64,000 nt of DNA from contig JBFWJS010000002.1 of NCBI GenBank assembly GCA_050253075.1, positions 192,001 to 256,000 of the forward strand, in the 5' to 3' direction. The notes below the pieces were generated by a model that was not told the DNA's origin, ran no database searches, and saw only the letters and a program-made list of their open reading frames with translations. Positions within the stretch are counted from its first letter, which is position 1; the number at the start of each line of letters is the position of its first letter. Positions 18,286 to 27,503 of the stretch are shown here, one piece after another. The DNA is from Deferribacterales bacterium (GTDB taxonomy: Bacteria > Chrysiogenota > Deferribacteres > Deferribacterales > Geovibrionaceae). Both the position numbers and the translations under genes were made by a program.

Positions 18286-18756
18286 TTAAGACTTTTCTTT
18301 CAAAGCTATTTCGATGACAAATGATTGATCATCAAGAGTGAATTTGACGCCGACGCATATGATATGTGTCGGTCTCTGTATTGTATGCCCCTTTCCGGTG
18401 ATAACGTTAGGGACTGATATGCTGAATTTTTTACCTTTATCGGTGAATATTTTTTTTGTGCTTCCTGCTATCATGTTGATAAGTTCGCCGATAGCATCGC
18501 CCACATCAGTGTCCACTTCTTCCTTTTCCTCCATGAGGAAAATAGAAGCGACCTTCATAGCGAGGTCTTCGGGTAGACTGACAGAAACATAGCCTACAAC
18601 GTCACCGACGATACCGATAACTGCTGAAACATCATAATGAAGATTCTGGTCAGATTTGATATAGAGATCACCCTTTGCAGGGCTGAGACCCGTCATCGTT
18701 TCGAAAACGTTAATAGTAGAGGAGATAAAAGGGTTTACGTATTCTGCTTTCACCAA
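18286..18756 (-). CDS. cheX: Chemotaxis phosphatase CheX
   Basis: YVNPFISSTINVF, VSAVIGIVG, DAIGELINMIAG (E-x-x-N) and ISVP. Confidence 0.92.
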   Translation of the reverse strand: MVKAEYVNPFISSTINVFETMTGLSPAKGDLYIKSDQNLHYDVSAVIGIVGDVVGYVSVSLPEDLAMKVASIFLMEEKEEVDTDVGDAIGELINMIAGSTKKIFTDKGKKFSISVPNVITGKGHTIQRPTHIICVGVKFTLDDQSFVIEIALKEKS

Positions 18757-18844
18757 AGCCTCCCTTCACAAATACATTGTTTCTAAAATACAGAATAGAC
18801 GATAAACTCTGTTCTGTCCATTAAAGACTTTAATAAATTTATAC

Positions 18845-19408
18845 TTATCTTGTCATCAATTCCATGAATTTTCTGGTGATCTTAGCAGTAAGTCCCCATA
18901 TGATATCGTCTTTATATCTGTAAAAATGCACGAGTCGTTTCGTGTTATTCCTAAGCCATGTTTCGGTATAGTAAACATCGTCACGCATCAGATGAGAAAC
19001 AGGTACGCTGTATATTTTATCTACCTCTGTCGCCTGCATTTTAAACTGAGGGTTTTCTATCAGCCCGACGAAAGGCGTGACCCTGTGCCCCCAGCGGGAG
19101 AGTTCGTCGTCCAGAGTGCCGAGCACACGCACCTCTGCGGGCTCTATGCCTATCTCTTCGTAGGTTTCACGCAGTGCTGTCATCATTAGGCTGTCGTCGT
19201 CGCTGTCGTGCTTCCCGCCCGGAAAGGAGACCTCTCCGCCGTGATGCTTCAGCTCGCCCAGACGCTTTGTAAAGATGATGTTACAGCCTGATTCGGTAAA
19301 GACTATAGGAACTAAAACGGCGGCCACACGTTCTGTAGCCGCCATCTTATATCGTTTGAAATTCTTTAATTTTTCTTCTATGAAATCAGCAGAACAGTCT
19401 TTATGCAC
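18845..19408 (-). CDS. Nudix CoA pyrophosphatase (NudL-like)
   Basis: AAVLVP, FTKR..L.HHGGEVSFPGG, TALRETYEEIG and IWGLTA. Confidence 0.92.
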   Translation of the reverse strand: MHKDCSADFIEEKLKNFKRYKMAATERVAAVLVPIVFTESGCNIIFTKRLGELKHHGGEVSFPGGKHDSDDDSLMMTALRETYEEIGIEPAEVRVLGTLDDELSRWGHRVTPFVGLIENPQFKMQATEVDKIYSVPVSHLMRDDVYYTETWLRNNTKRLVHFYRYKDDIIWGLTAKITRKFMELMTR

Positions 19409-22034
19409 TAAGACCTTCCACTATCTTTTCAACTGCTGCAATGGCTTCGTCCAGCTTCTCGGGGTTCTTTCCGCCTGCCTGAGCCATATCAGGGCGTCCG
19501 CCGCCCCCGCCGCCTGTCATCTTAGCCACCTCACGCACGATGTCGCCCGCTTTCACTCTGCCCACAGTGTCTTTTGTAACACCGCAAACGAACATTACTT
19601 TATCGCCTGTGACAGCACCCGCAACGACAACACCGCTGCCTATCCTGTCTCTGGCTGTGTCCACGAACTTTCTCATTGCGTCCACGTCGCCGTTGCCCAG
19701 CTTCACAGCGAGGACTTTTATGCCGTTCACTTCTTTCACATCATCCATAAGGCCTGCTGCCTCTTTGGATGCTATCTGGTCGGCTATCTTTTTCAGTTCT
19801 TTCTCTTTATCTTTCAGAGTCTCTGTCAGCTCTGTCATACGGTCATAGAGTGCATCAGGTGTGGTTTTAAGGAGCTTTGCGCCCTCTTTCACTGTTTCGT
19901 CCAGCTTCTGCATGGCGGCTATTGCGCCCATACCCGTCACAGCCTCGATACGGCGTACGCCTGAGGCAACTGACTGTTCGCTTGTCACCTTGATGAGACC
20001 GATGTCGCCTGTGCGGTCAACGTGGCATCCTCCGCAGAGTTCCTTGCTGAAATCGCCCACTTCTACCACACGAACCTCTTCGCCGTATTTCTCGCCGAAG
20101 AGAGCCATAGCACCCGCCTTCACGGCGTCATCTATGTTCATGTATGTTTTTTTCAGGGCTGTGTTCTCCTGAATCGCTTCATTTGCAATCTCTTCTATGC
20201 GGGCTATCTCCTCAGGGGAAACAGGGGCATAGTGGTTAAAGTCGAATCTGAGTCTATCAGGGTTCACCTGTGAGCCCGCCTGACGAACATGATCACCCAG
20301 AACCATCTGCAGAGCCTTATGAAGCAGGTGTGTGGATGTGTGGTTTCTCTCTGTGGCCTTTCTGGCTGTTCTGTCCACTTCCGCTTTTACCGCTTCGCCC
20401 TTTTTGATGGTGCCGAGCTCCATAGAGCCTTTCATAGTTATCATGCCGTCGCCATATTTCTTTGTCTCTTTCACTTTGAAAACGGCAGACTCTGTTTTGA
20501 TATATCCAGTATCGCCGACCTGACCGCCGCCCTCAGCATAGAATGGCGACTTGGTGAGTATGATGTCACACTCCCCCTCGGCTGTGTCTGTTTCTTTCTC
20601 GTCTTTGATGATGGCTGCGACGGTTGTCTCAGCTTCGAGGTTGTCATATCCGATAAACTCAGATTTGATGCTGCTCGCCATCTTGATATAGATATCTGCG
20701 ACCTTCTGCTCTCCGCTTCCTGCCCATGATTTTTTCGCACGTTCCTGCTGAGCCTGCATCTCCTGCTCGAAGCCCACTATGTCGAGTGCGAATCCGTTGT
20801 CTTCTGCTATGTCTGCGAGAAGGTCAACGGGGAATCCGAACGTGTCGTACATCTTAAAGATGTCGTCGCCGGATATAACCTTGCTGTCAGCGTATTTCTC
20901 AAGCAGTTCGTCTATTATCTTAAGTCCTGTGTTCAGCGTACGGCTGAAGGACTGCTCTTCCTGTGTTACAACTTTCGCTATGTAGGATCTCTTATCTGCG
21001 AGCTCGATGTAGTGACCTTTCATGAAATCAACTACAAATTCACACACTTTATAAAAGAATGTACCGTCGAGACCGAGCATACGGCCGTGGCGCATAGCTC
21101 TTCTCATGATACGTCTGAGAACATATCCGCGCCCTTCGTTTGAGGGGAGCACACCGTCGCCCACAAGGAATGTTGTCGCACGGCTGTGGTCTGCGATTAC
21201 ACGCATGGATGTGTTGTCTTTTTCATTATCGCCGTATTTCTTTCCTGCCAGCTCAGCTATGAACTGGATGATAGGCTGGAAAAGGTCAGTGTCGTAGTTG
21301 CTTGTGACGCCCTGTACGACGGATGCGATACGCTCGAGCCCCATACCTGTATCTATGGAAGGCTTCGGCAGAGGTGTGAGTGTGCCGTCTTCGCTGCGGT
21401 CGAACTGCATGAAAACGAGGTTCCACAGCTCGAGGTGTCTGTCGCAGTCACAGTTACGGTCACAGTCGGGAGACTGGCATCCTGTGTGCGGGCCCTGATC
21501 TATGTGTATCTCAGAGCAAGGACCGCATGGGCCTGTGTCGCCCATAGCCCAGAAGTTGTCCTTCTCGCCTCTGTATTCTATATCTTTAGGGTCGAGACCG
21601 ATAACCTCTTCCCATATCTTTGCTGCTTCGTGGTCGTCATTATATACTGATACAAACATCTTCTCAGCGGGCAGTCCCATCTCTTTCGTCAGGAATTCCC
21701 AGCCGAATTTGATAGCGTCCTCTTTGAAATAGTCGCCGAAGGAGAAGTTACCAAGCATCTCAAAGAATGTGTGGTGACGGGATGTAACGCCTACGTTCTC
21801 GAGGTCGTTATGCTTACCGCCCGCACGCACAACCTTCTGGCTTGTGGTGGCTCTGGTATAGCTTCTGGTCTCTCTTCCGAGGAATGTATCTTTGAACTGG
21901 TTCATACCCGCATTGGTGAAGAGGAGTGTAGGGTCGTCGTGTGGGACCAGTGATGACGAGCCGACAATCTCATGCCATTGTTTAGCGAAGTACTCCAGAA
22001 ATCTCTTTCTAATTTCCTGTCCTGTTAAAGCCAT
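19401..22034 (-). CDS. alaS: Alanine--tRNA ligase
   Basis: DPTLLFTNAGMNQFK, HHTFFEMLGNFSFGDYFK, editing HTSTH...CGGCH and GGGRPDMAQAGG. Confidence 0.98.
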   Translation of the reverse strand: MALTGQEIRKRFLEYFAKQWHEIVGSSSLVPHDDPTLLFTNAGMNQFKDTFLGRETRSYTRATTSQKVVRAGGKHNDLENVGVTSRHHTFFEMLGNFSFGDYFKEDAIKFGWEFLTKEMGLPAEKMFVSVYNDDHEAAKIWEEVIGLDPKDIEYRGEKDNFWAMGDTGPCGPCSEIHIDQGPHTGCQSPDCDRNCDCDRHLELWNLVFMQFDRSEDGTLTPLPKPSIDTGMGLERIASVVQGVTSNYDTDLFQPIIQFIAELAGKKYGDNEKDNTSMRVIADHSRATTFLVGDGVLPSNEGRGYVLRRIMRRAMRHGRMLGLDGTFFYKVCEFVVDFMKGHYIELADKRSYIAKVVTQEEQSFSRTLNTGLKIIDELLEKYADSKVISGDDIFKMYDTFGFPVDLLADIAEDNGFALDIVGFEQEMQAQQERAKKSWAGSGEQKVADIYIKMASSIKSEFIGYDNLEAETTVAAIIKDEKETDTAEGECDIILTKSPFYAEGGGQVGDTGYIKTESAVFKVKETKKYGDGMITMKGSMELGTIKKGEAVKAEVDRTARKATERNHTSTHLLHKALQMVLGDHVRQAGSQVNPDRLRFDFNHYAPVSPEEIARIEEIANEAIQENTALKKTYMNIDDAVKAGAMALFGEKYGEEVRVVEVGDFSKELCGGCHVDRTGDIGLIKVTSEQSVASGVRRIEAVTGMGAIAAMQKLDETVKEGAKLLKTTPDALYDRMTELTETLKDKEKELKKIADQIASKEAAGLMDDVKEVNGIKVLAVKLGNGDVDAMRKFVDTARDRIGSGVVVAGAVTGDKVMFVCGVTKDTVGRVKAGDIVREVAKMTGGGGGGRPDMAQAGGKNPEKLDEAIAAVEKIVEGLSA

Positions 22035-22050
22035 ATCATATTCTCCGTTC

Positions 22051-22207
22051 TGTCACTGCTAGCGCAGCGCGGCAGTCTTAGGACAAAGATTGCCACGTCG
22101 TTGCACTCCCCGCAATGACGTATGATTTAATTAATATATTTGTATGTCATTCTGAGCCGAAGCGAAGAATCTGTCATTTCAGATCCTTCATTTCATTCAG
22201 GATGACT
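22051..22207. repeat. Two CGTC-type REP-like doublets
   Basis: Units at 22051-22078 (ACTGC/GCAGT stem), 22087-22120 (ATTGC/GCAAT, inverted), 22145-22172 (ATTCT/AGAAT) and 22181-22207 (ATCCT/AGGAT, inverted). Confidence 0.85.
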
Positions 22208-22499
22208 ATTTATCTAGATTGCTCAGATATTCTTCCCACTCAATAGGGAGCAGATACTTCTTCTTACTATTACATTCTTTACAAGCAGGGACTACATTCC
22301 CCTTTGTGCTTGTGCCGCCTCTGGATATGGGCACTATGTGATCCATGGTGAGCTCTGCGGGGGGGAAGCTACCTTCGCAGTAGTGGCATTTGCCCTGCGC
22401 CAGTTTATCTTTCCACCAGCCCTTTTTACGCAGCTCTCTGGCCTTTTCTTTCTCTTTTCTTATGTGCTTTTCATCGGCAGTTATAAAAAAGTTGTCCAT
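22206..22499 (-). CDS. Small HNH endonuclease
   Basis: CHYC...LTMDHIVPISRGG..TKGNVVPACKECN. Start probably ATG 22499 (MDNFF); the ORF track extends to 22547. Confidence 0.88.
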   Translation of the reverse strand: MDNFFITADEKHIRKEKEKARELRKKGWWKDKLAQGKCHYCEGSFPPAELTMDHIVPISRGGTSTKGNVVPACKECNSKKKYLLPIEWEEYLSNLDK

Positions 22500-22840
22500 A
22501 TCCGCATGATTATATTCATGTGTAAAGATAAATGCAAGCAGTTCCATATATAATAGGTAGTTTAGGGGTTTTACTATAATTTTTATCCCGCATGCATATG
22601 AGCATTTGTTATATAATCACTTTTATCAAAATAGTTAGATACGCAAACAGTAAGTTTCACAGCGTCGAAATAGTTTGCACTTTAATTTTCTTAACTCATT
22701 GTCAGCAAAGAATCCTATAGTGTTTATAAATTTTCACATCATAGATATAGGAAATGCCTATACGCATTATTACGCCGTTTTCACTCTCAAACCGCCGTCA
22801 GAAAAGGGCTTTAGAGATTTTAAACTACCGAAATTAATGC

Positions 22841-22868
22841 TTGACATAATAATATGTAGTAGTACACT
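22841..22868 (+). promoter_or_regulatory. Putative sigma70 promoter of pckA
   Basis: TTGACA-N16-TACACT about 50 bp upstream of the start. Confidence 0.55.
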
Positions 22869-22915
22869 CTCCCAAGTTTGCAAAACCATAACTGAATTAT
22901 AAAATGGAGGACATA

Positions 22916-24508
22916 GTGAGCAATAAAGACCAACAGACCCTCTCAGAGGTTTACGGTCTCACCAACCTCGGCGAGATCAAAAAGAACCTCACTGCTGCAG
23001 AGCTTTACGAAGAGATCATCAAAAACGGCGAAGGAAAGATATCTAAAGGCGGCGCAATGGTGTGCCTTACAGGCGATGTCACAGGCCGTTCCCCTAACGA
23101 TAAATTCATCGTTGAAGAAGACACAACAAAGAATGATGTAAACTGGTCCAAAGGCAACGTGGCTATCAGCCAGGAAAACTTTGACAAGGTTTACAACAAA
23201 CTTTGTGCTTACCTTCAGCAGAAGAACGTTTATGTTCAGGAAGTATATGCAGGTGCTGACGAAGCATCCCGTATCAGAGTTCGCGCCATCAACGAATCTG
23301 CATGGCAGAACCTTTTCGTACAGAACATGTTCATCCAGGAGCCCGATGCGAAAAAGCTCGAGCAGTTCGCAGCTGATTTCACAATCATCGGCTGCCCCGG
23401 ATTCAAAGCAGGCGGAGAGATCGACGGTCTTAACAGCGAAAACTTTGTTCTTCTCAACTTCGAAAAGAAAGTCGTAATCATCGGCGGTACAGCATACGCA
23501 GGCGAGATGAAGAAATCTATCTTCACAGTTATGAACTACCTCCTGCCTAAGCAGGGCATCATGTCCATGCACTGCTCCGCAAACATCGGTAAAGACGGCG
23601 ATGTTGCACTTTTCTTCGGTCTTTCCGGTACAGGTAAGACAACCCTTTCCACAGACCCTGAAAGAGCACTCATCGGTGACGACGAGCACGGCTGGGACGA
23701 CAAAGGCGTATTCAACATCGAGGGCGGATGCTATGCGAAAGTTATCAACCTCTCCCGTGAGATGGAGCCTGATATCTACCGCACAACAGAAATGTTCGGC
23801 ACTATCCTTGAAAACGTCGTAATGGACGAAAACAGAGAGATCGACCTCGACGACGACAGCATCACAGAAAATACAAGAGCTTCATACCCTCTTCAGTCTA
23901 TAGACAACATAGAGCCTTCAGGTAAAGGCGGCATGCCGAAGAACATCATCTTCCTTACATACGATGCGTTCGGCGTTCTTCCTCCTGTATCAAAGCTCAC
24001 AGTGCCACAGGCTATGTACCACTTCATCAGCGGTTACACAGCGAAAGTTGCAGGTACTGAAAAAGGTGTTACAGAGCCTCAGGCTGTGTTCTCATCATGT
24101 TTCGGTCAGCCTTTCATGGTATGGCACCCATCCGAGTATGCAAAACTTCTCGGTAAAAAGATCGTTGATAACAACGTTACATGCTACCTCGTGAACACAG
24201 GCCTCACAGGCGGACCACACGGCGTAGGCTCACGTTTCAAGATCAGCCACACAAGAGAGATCATCAAGTCTATCCTTAACGGAGACATAGATAAATCTGA
24301 GTTTACAGAAGACGAGATCTTCGGATTCGGCGTTCCTAAAACTCTCGGAAGCATTCCTTCAAATGTTATCCACCCTGTTGAAAGCTGGTCAGACAAAGCT
24401 GCTTATAAAGCACAGCTCACAAAGCTGGCTGAGAGCTTCAAAGAAAACTTCAAAAAATATGAAGCAGGTACAGCCCCTGAGATCATCGCAGGCGGACCGA
24501 GAATCTAA
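22916..24508 (+). CDS. pckA: Phosphoenolpyruvate carboxykinase (ATP)
   Basis: TGRSPNDK, YAGEMKK, SMHCSAN, GLSGTGKTTLS, LIGDDEHGW and ENTRASYP. GTG start at 22916 behind GGAGG. Confidence 0.97.
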   Translation: MSNKDQQTLSEVYGLTNLGEIKKNLTAAELYEEIIKNGEGKISKGGAMVCLTGDVTGRSPNDKFIVEEDTTKNDVNWSKGNVAISQENFDKVYNKLCAYLQQKNVYVQEVYAGADEASRIRVRAINESAWQNLFVQNMFIQEPDAKKLEQFAADFTIIGCPGFKAGGEIDGLNSENFVLLNFEKKVVIIGGTAYAGEMKKSIFTVMNYLLPKQGIMSMHCSANIGKDGDVALFFGLSGTGKTTLSTDPERALIGDDEHGWDDKGVFNIEGGCYAKVINLSREMEPDIYRTTEMFGTILENVVMDENREIDLDDDSITENTRASYPLQSIDNIEPSGKGGMPKNIIFLTYDAFGVLPPVSKLTVPQAMYHFISGYTAKVAGTEKGVTEPQAVFSSCFGQPFMVWHPSEYAKLLGKKIVDNNVTCYLVNTGLTGGPHGVGSRFKISHTREIIKSILNGDIDKSEFTEDEIFGFGVPKTLGSIPSNVIHPVESWSDKAAYKAQLTKLAESFKENFKKYEAGTAPEIIAGGPRI

Positions 24509-24519
24509 TTGAATAACAA

Positions 24520-24601
24520 CGTCATCCTGAGTGTATACGAAGGATCTGAACCTGTTGTCGAAACAGGGGATAAGATTCTTCGCTTTTAGCTCAGAATGAC
24601 A
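24520..24601. repeat. CGTC-type REP-like doublet
   Basis: CGTC-ATCCT-gagtgtatacga-AGGAT-CT and inverted TGTC-ATTCT-gagctaaaagcga-AGAAT-CT. The spacer has its own hairpin, cctgtt..aacagg. Confidence 0.85.
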
Positions 24602-24612
24602 AAGATAAGAAT

Positions 24613-24648
24613 GGGCTAAAGGAATTGTTTCTTTAGCCCTTTTTTTTT
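24613..24648 (+). terminator. Intrinsic terminator of pckA
   Basis: gggctaaag-loop-ctttagccc followed by a T run. Confidence 0.85.
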
Positions 24649-24686
24649 GCTAGTATAGAACACGCTTTATATTTCTGAGGTGTTTA

Positions 24687-25331
24687 ATGGACAAACTTTT
24701 TAAAGGCGCTCTCCAGTTCAGAGAGCAGAGCTTCGAAAAGATCAAAGACCTTTTTGAATCGCTCCACGACGAGCAAAAGCCCCATACACTCTTCATCGGG
24801 TGTTCGGACTCGCGGGTTGTGCCGGAGCTCATTACAAAGACCTATCCGGGTGAGCTCTTCGTCGTCCGAAACATCGCAAACATCGTCCCCCACTATCGAG
24901 TCGCAGCAGAATACGCAGCCACAACCTCAGCAATAGAATACGCAGTAAACGCATTAGATGTGGACAATATCGTTGTCTGCGGACACAGCAACTGCGGCGG
25001 GTGCAACGCCATATACTTCGACGAACACGAGCTGAAACAGCTGCCGAACGTCGCACACTGGCTGGAACAGATACAGGGTGTCAAAAACGAAGTCCAGTTC
25101 CGCTATCCTAACGTAGACGAAGAACACAGATCATGGATGACCGAGCAGACAAACATTGTCCGCCAGATGTCAAACCTGCTCAGCTACCCTTACATAGCAG
25201 CGAAGTATGAAAAGGGCGAGATAAACATCTACGGCTGGTATTACGTCATATCAAAAGGCGAAGTGTATAACTTTAATAAAGAGACAGGCGCATTCGAGCT
25301 GATCGGCGAGACAACTCCAGCAGAAGATTAA
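24687..25331 (+). CDS. can: Beta-class carbonic anhydrase
   Basis: GCSDSRV, GELFVVRNIAN and CGHSNCGG. Confidence 0.95.
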   Translation: MDKLFKGALQFREQSFEKIKDLFESLHDEQKPHTLFIGCSDSRVVPELITKTYPGELFVVRNIANIVPHYRVAAEYAATTSAIEYAVNALDVDNIVVCGHSNCGGCNAIYFDEHELKQLPNVAHWLEQIQGVKNEVQFRYPNVDEEHRSWMTEQTNIVRQMSNLLSYPYIAAKYEKGEINIYGWYYVISKGEVYNFNKETGAFELIGETTPAED

Positions 25332-25357
25332 TTTTCCATCTATGAGTATTCACTCGT

Positions 25358-26260
25358 TTACTTGCCTGCTTTCGGGTGAGTTTTATCATATACCCTCAGG
25401 AGTTCCGTCAGATTAAGATGTGTGTATTTCTGTGTGGTGGTGAGAGACTCATGACCGAGCAGACTCTGTATCGTACGCAGGTCAGCGCCCCCTTCCAAAA
25501 GGTGCGTAGCGTATGAGTGCCTGAAAGAGTGCGGTGAAAAATCCATAGGCAGTCCCGCCATTTTAAGATACTTCTCCACTATCCTTCTAACAGACCTGTC
25601 CGTCAGGCGAGAGCCGAATTTGTTTATGAATATTGCCTCGTTATCAGGCAGATACCCCGTGCATATATCCATCTTTGCATCCAGATATTCATTCAGCAGC
25701 TCTATGTGCATGTCCGCAACGGGGACGATGCGCTCCTTCTTCCCCTTACCTCGCACAAGTATACGCATACCGCCGAAATCCACATCGGAAAGATTCAGCC
25801 CGACAAGCTCGCTCACACGAACCCCTGTGCCGTACATCAGCTCCAGCAGGAGAGCATCACGCATCCCCGCAGGGTCAGCCTTATCAGGCGCATCCAGCAG
25901 GGCTATTATGCTGTCTATGTTGAATACTTTAAATGCCTTCTGCTCCTTCTTAGGGAATTTCAGCATTCGAGCGGGGTTGTCTTCCATATGGTTCTTCTTC
26001 TGCAGGAATGCAAAGAAGGATTTCAGACATGCGATTTTCCTCTCTATGCTGCTCTTAGCAAGCCCCTTATCAAAGAGCATAGCCACGAAACCGCGAAGCA
26101 TAAAGAAGTCCGCACCGCTGATATCGTCAACGGAGGATTCCTCAAGGTAAGTGCAGAGGTCGGCTAGGTCTCGGGAGTAATTCTTCAGAGTATGCTCCGA
26201 AGCCCCCTTCTCCGCCTGCATGAATTTAAGGTATATTGTTACTGCTTTATCTATCTGCAT
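25358..26260 (-). CDS. xerC: Tyrosine recombinase XerC/XerD family
   Basis: YGTGVRVSEL, GKGKKERIVP, PHSFRHSYATHLL and LLGHESLTTTQKYTH; downstream of topA-trmFO. Confidence 0.88.
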   Translation of the reverse strand: MQIDKAVTIYLKFMQAEKGASEHTLKNYSRDLADLCTYLEESSVDDISGADFFMLRGFVAMLFDKGLAKSSIERKIACLKSFFAFLQKKNHMEDNPARMLKFPKKEQKAFKVFNIDSIIALLDAPDKADPAGMRDALLLELMYGTGVRVSELVGLNLSDVDFGGMRILVRGKGKKERIVPVADMHIELLNEYLDAKMDICTGYLPDNEAIFINKFGSRLTDRSVRRIVEKYLKMAGLPMDFSPHSFRHSYATHLLEGGADLRTIQSLLGHESLTTTQKYTHLNLTELLRVYDKTHPKAGK

Positions 26261-26325
26261 TAAGATATTATCGGACGTTTTATCTTTTTATTCAATATTT
26301 CCGATAAATATGCAATAATGTTTGC

Positions 26326-26778
26326 ATGAAAAAGATACTGGTCAGCGCATGTCTTCTGGGTGAAAATGTACGCTACAATGCAGAGGTCGTTGAGGTCAGC
26401 GACAGCATAAAGGCATTGAGCGAAAAGTACGAGATAGTACCCGTCTGCCCCGAGGTTCTCGGAGGTCTTGAAGTCCCCAGAGAAGCGTGCGAGATACAGG
26501 GATTAAGCGGTGCGGATGCCATAGACGGCAGATGCGCAGTGCTCGGTAATAAAGGCACAGACTGCACGGCGGCCTTTGTCTCAGGAGCGCAGAAATCCCT
26601 CGAACTGGCGAGAGAACACGATGTCGAATTCGCCGTATTAAAAGAGCGCAGCCCATCATGCGGCAGCACGACTATATACACAGGTAAATTCGACGGAACA
26701 AAACACCCGGGCGAAGGGGTCGCAGCGGCTCTCCTCCGCAGAAACGGAATAAAGGTTATAAGTGAAGAACAATTATAA
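26326..26778 (+). CDS. DUF523 / 2-thiouracil desulfidase (TudS/YbbK-like) Fe-S protein
   Basis: SACLLG..VRY, VCPEVLGGL.VPR, LKERSPSCG and GEGVAAALL. Confidence 0.9.
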   Translation: MKKILVSACLLGENVRYNAEVVEVSDSIKALSEKYEIVPVCPEVLGGLEVPREACEIQGLSGADAIDGRCAVLGNKGTDCTAAFVSGAQKSLELAREHDVEFAVLKERSPSCGSTTIYTGKFDGTKHPGEGVAAALLRRNGIKVISEEQL

Positions 26779-27502
26779 ATATATATTACTGATAGCATTA
26801 GCTTTCATCTTTGGTTTCAGCTACGGCAAAGTCGGCAGCATCATATCCCAATCGTCCAAGATATCTGCAACGGGCGACAGGATAGCCTTCATATCTGAGA
26901 AATTCCTCGGCACAAAATATAAAGCGGGAACGCTCATCAGCGACCCTGAAAAAAGTGAGAAGCTCGTCATAAACCTCGAAGGTATGGACTGCTTCACATT
27001 TCTCGACTATGTAGAGGCTCTCAGGCTCTCAAAAGATTCTGACGACTTCACCGAAAATCTGAAGAAGGTCAGATACTTCAATGGCATAGTCAGCTATAAG
27101 AACAGAAAGCACTTCTTCACCGACTGGGTATCGGGCGAAAATAACACCGTGAAAGACATCACATCCGAGCTCCCGGGCAGCATTACTGTGGAGAAATATA
27201 TAAACCGTAAGTCAGACACAAAAAACTGGCTGAAAAACCTGCCCCAGACAATGCGTATGATCACATACATACCTGCAAACCTTGTATCAAAAGACGTGGT
27301 AAAACTGCTTCAGAACGGTGACTATGTCGGCGTATACGCAGATAAGGAAGGGCTGGACGTTACTCACACTGGGATATTCATCCGCAACAGCAGCGGAGAG
27401 TTCTTCCGCAATACTTCATCCATAGCGGGTGAGGTCACTGATTATAATTTCAAAGATTATATGAAGGATATCAAAGGTATAATAGTCTTCAGAGCTATAT
27501 AG
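26762..27502 (+). CDS. DUF1460 / NlpC-P60-like N-acetylmuramoyl-L-alanine amidase, exported
   Basis: Signal peptide; FLGTKY, EKLVINLEGMDCFTFLDYV, RKHFFTDW and GLDVTHTG. Confidence 0.85.
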   Translation: MKNNYKYILLIALAFIFGFSYGKVGSIISQSSKISATGDRIAFISEKFLGTKYKAGTLISDPEKSEKLVINLEGMDCFTFLDYVEALRLSKDSDDFTENLKKVRYFNGIVSYKNRKHFFTDWVSGENNTVKDITSELPGSITVEKYINRKSDTKNWLKNLPQTMRMITYIPANLVSKDVVKLLQNGDYVGVYADKEGLDVTHTGIFIRNSSGEFFRNTSSIAGEVTDYNFKDYMKDIKGIIVFRAI

Positions 27503-27503
27503 G

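Noticed and set aside
21970..21985. AlaRS reads KQWH where G-H is usual
   Set aside because: A single substitution or base-call error. The frame and all motifs are intact.
25358..26260. Integrase marking a genomic island or prophage
   Set aside because: Size, motifs and position near topA-trmFO fit chromosomal XerC. No att repeats, tRNA or phage genes were seen.
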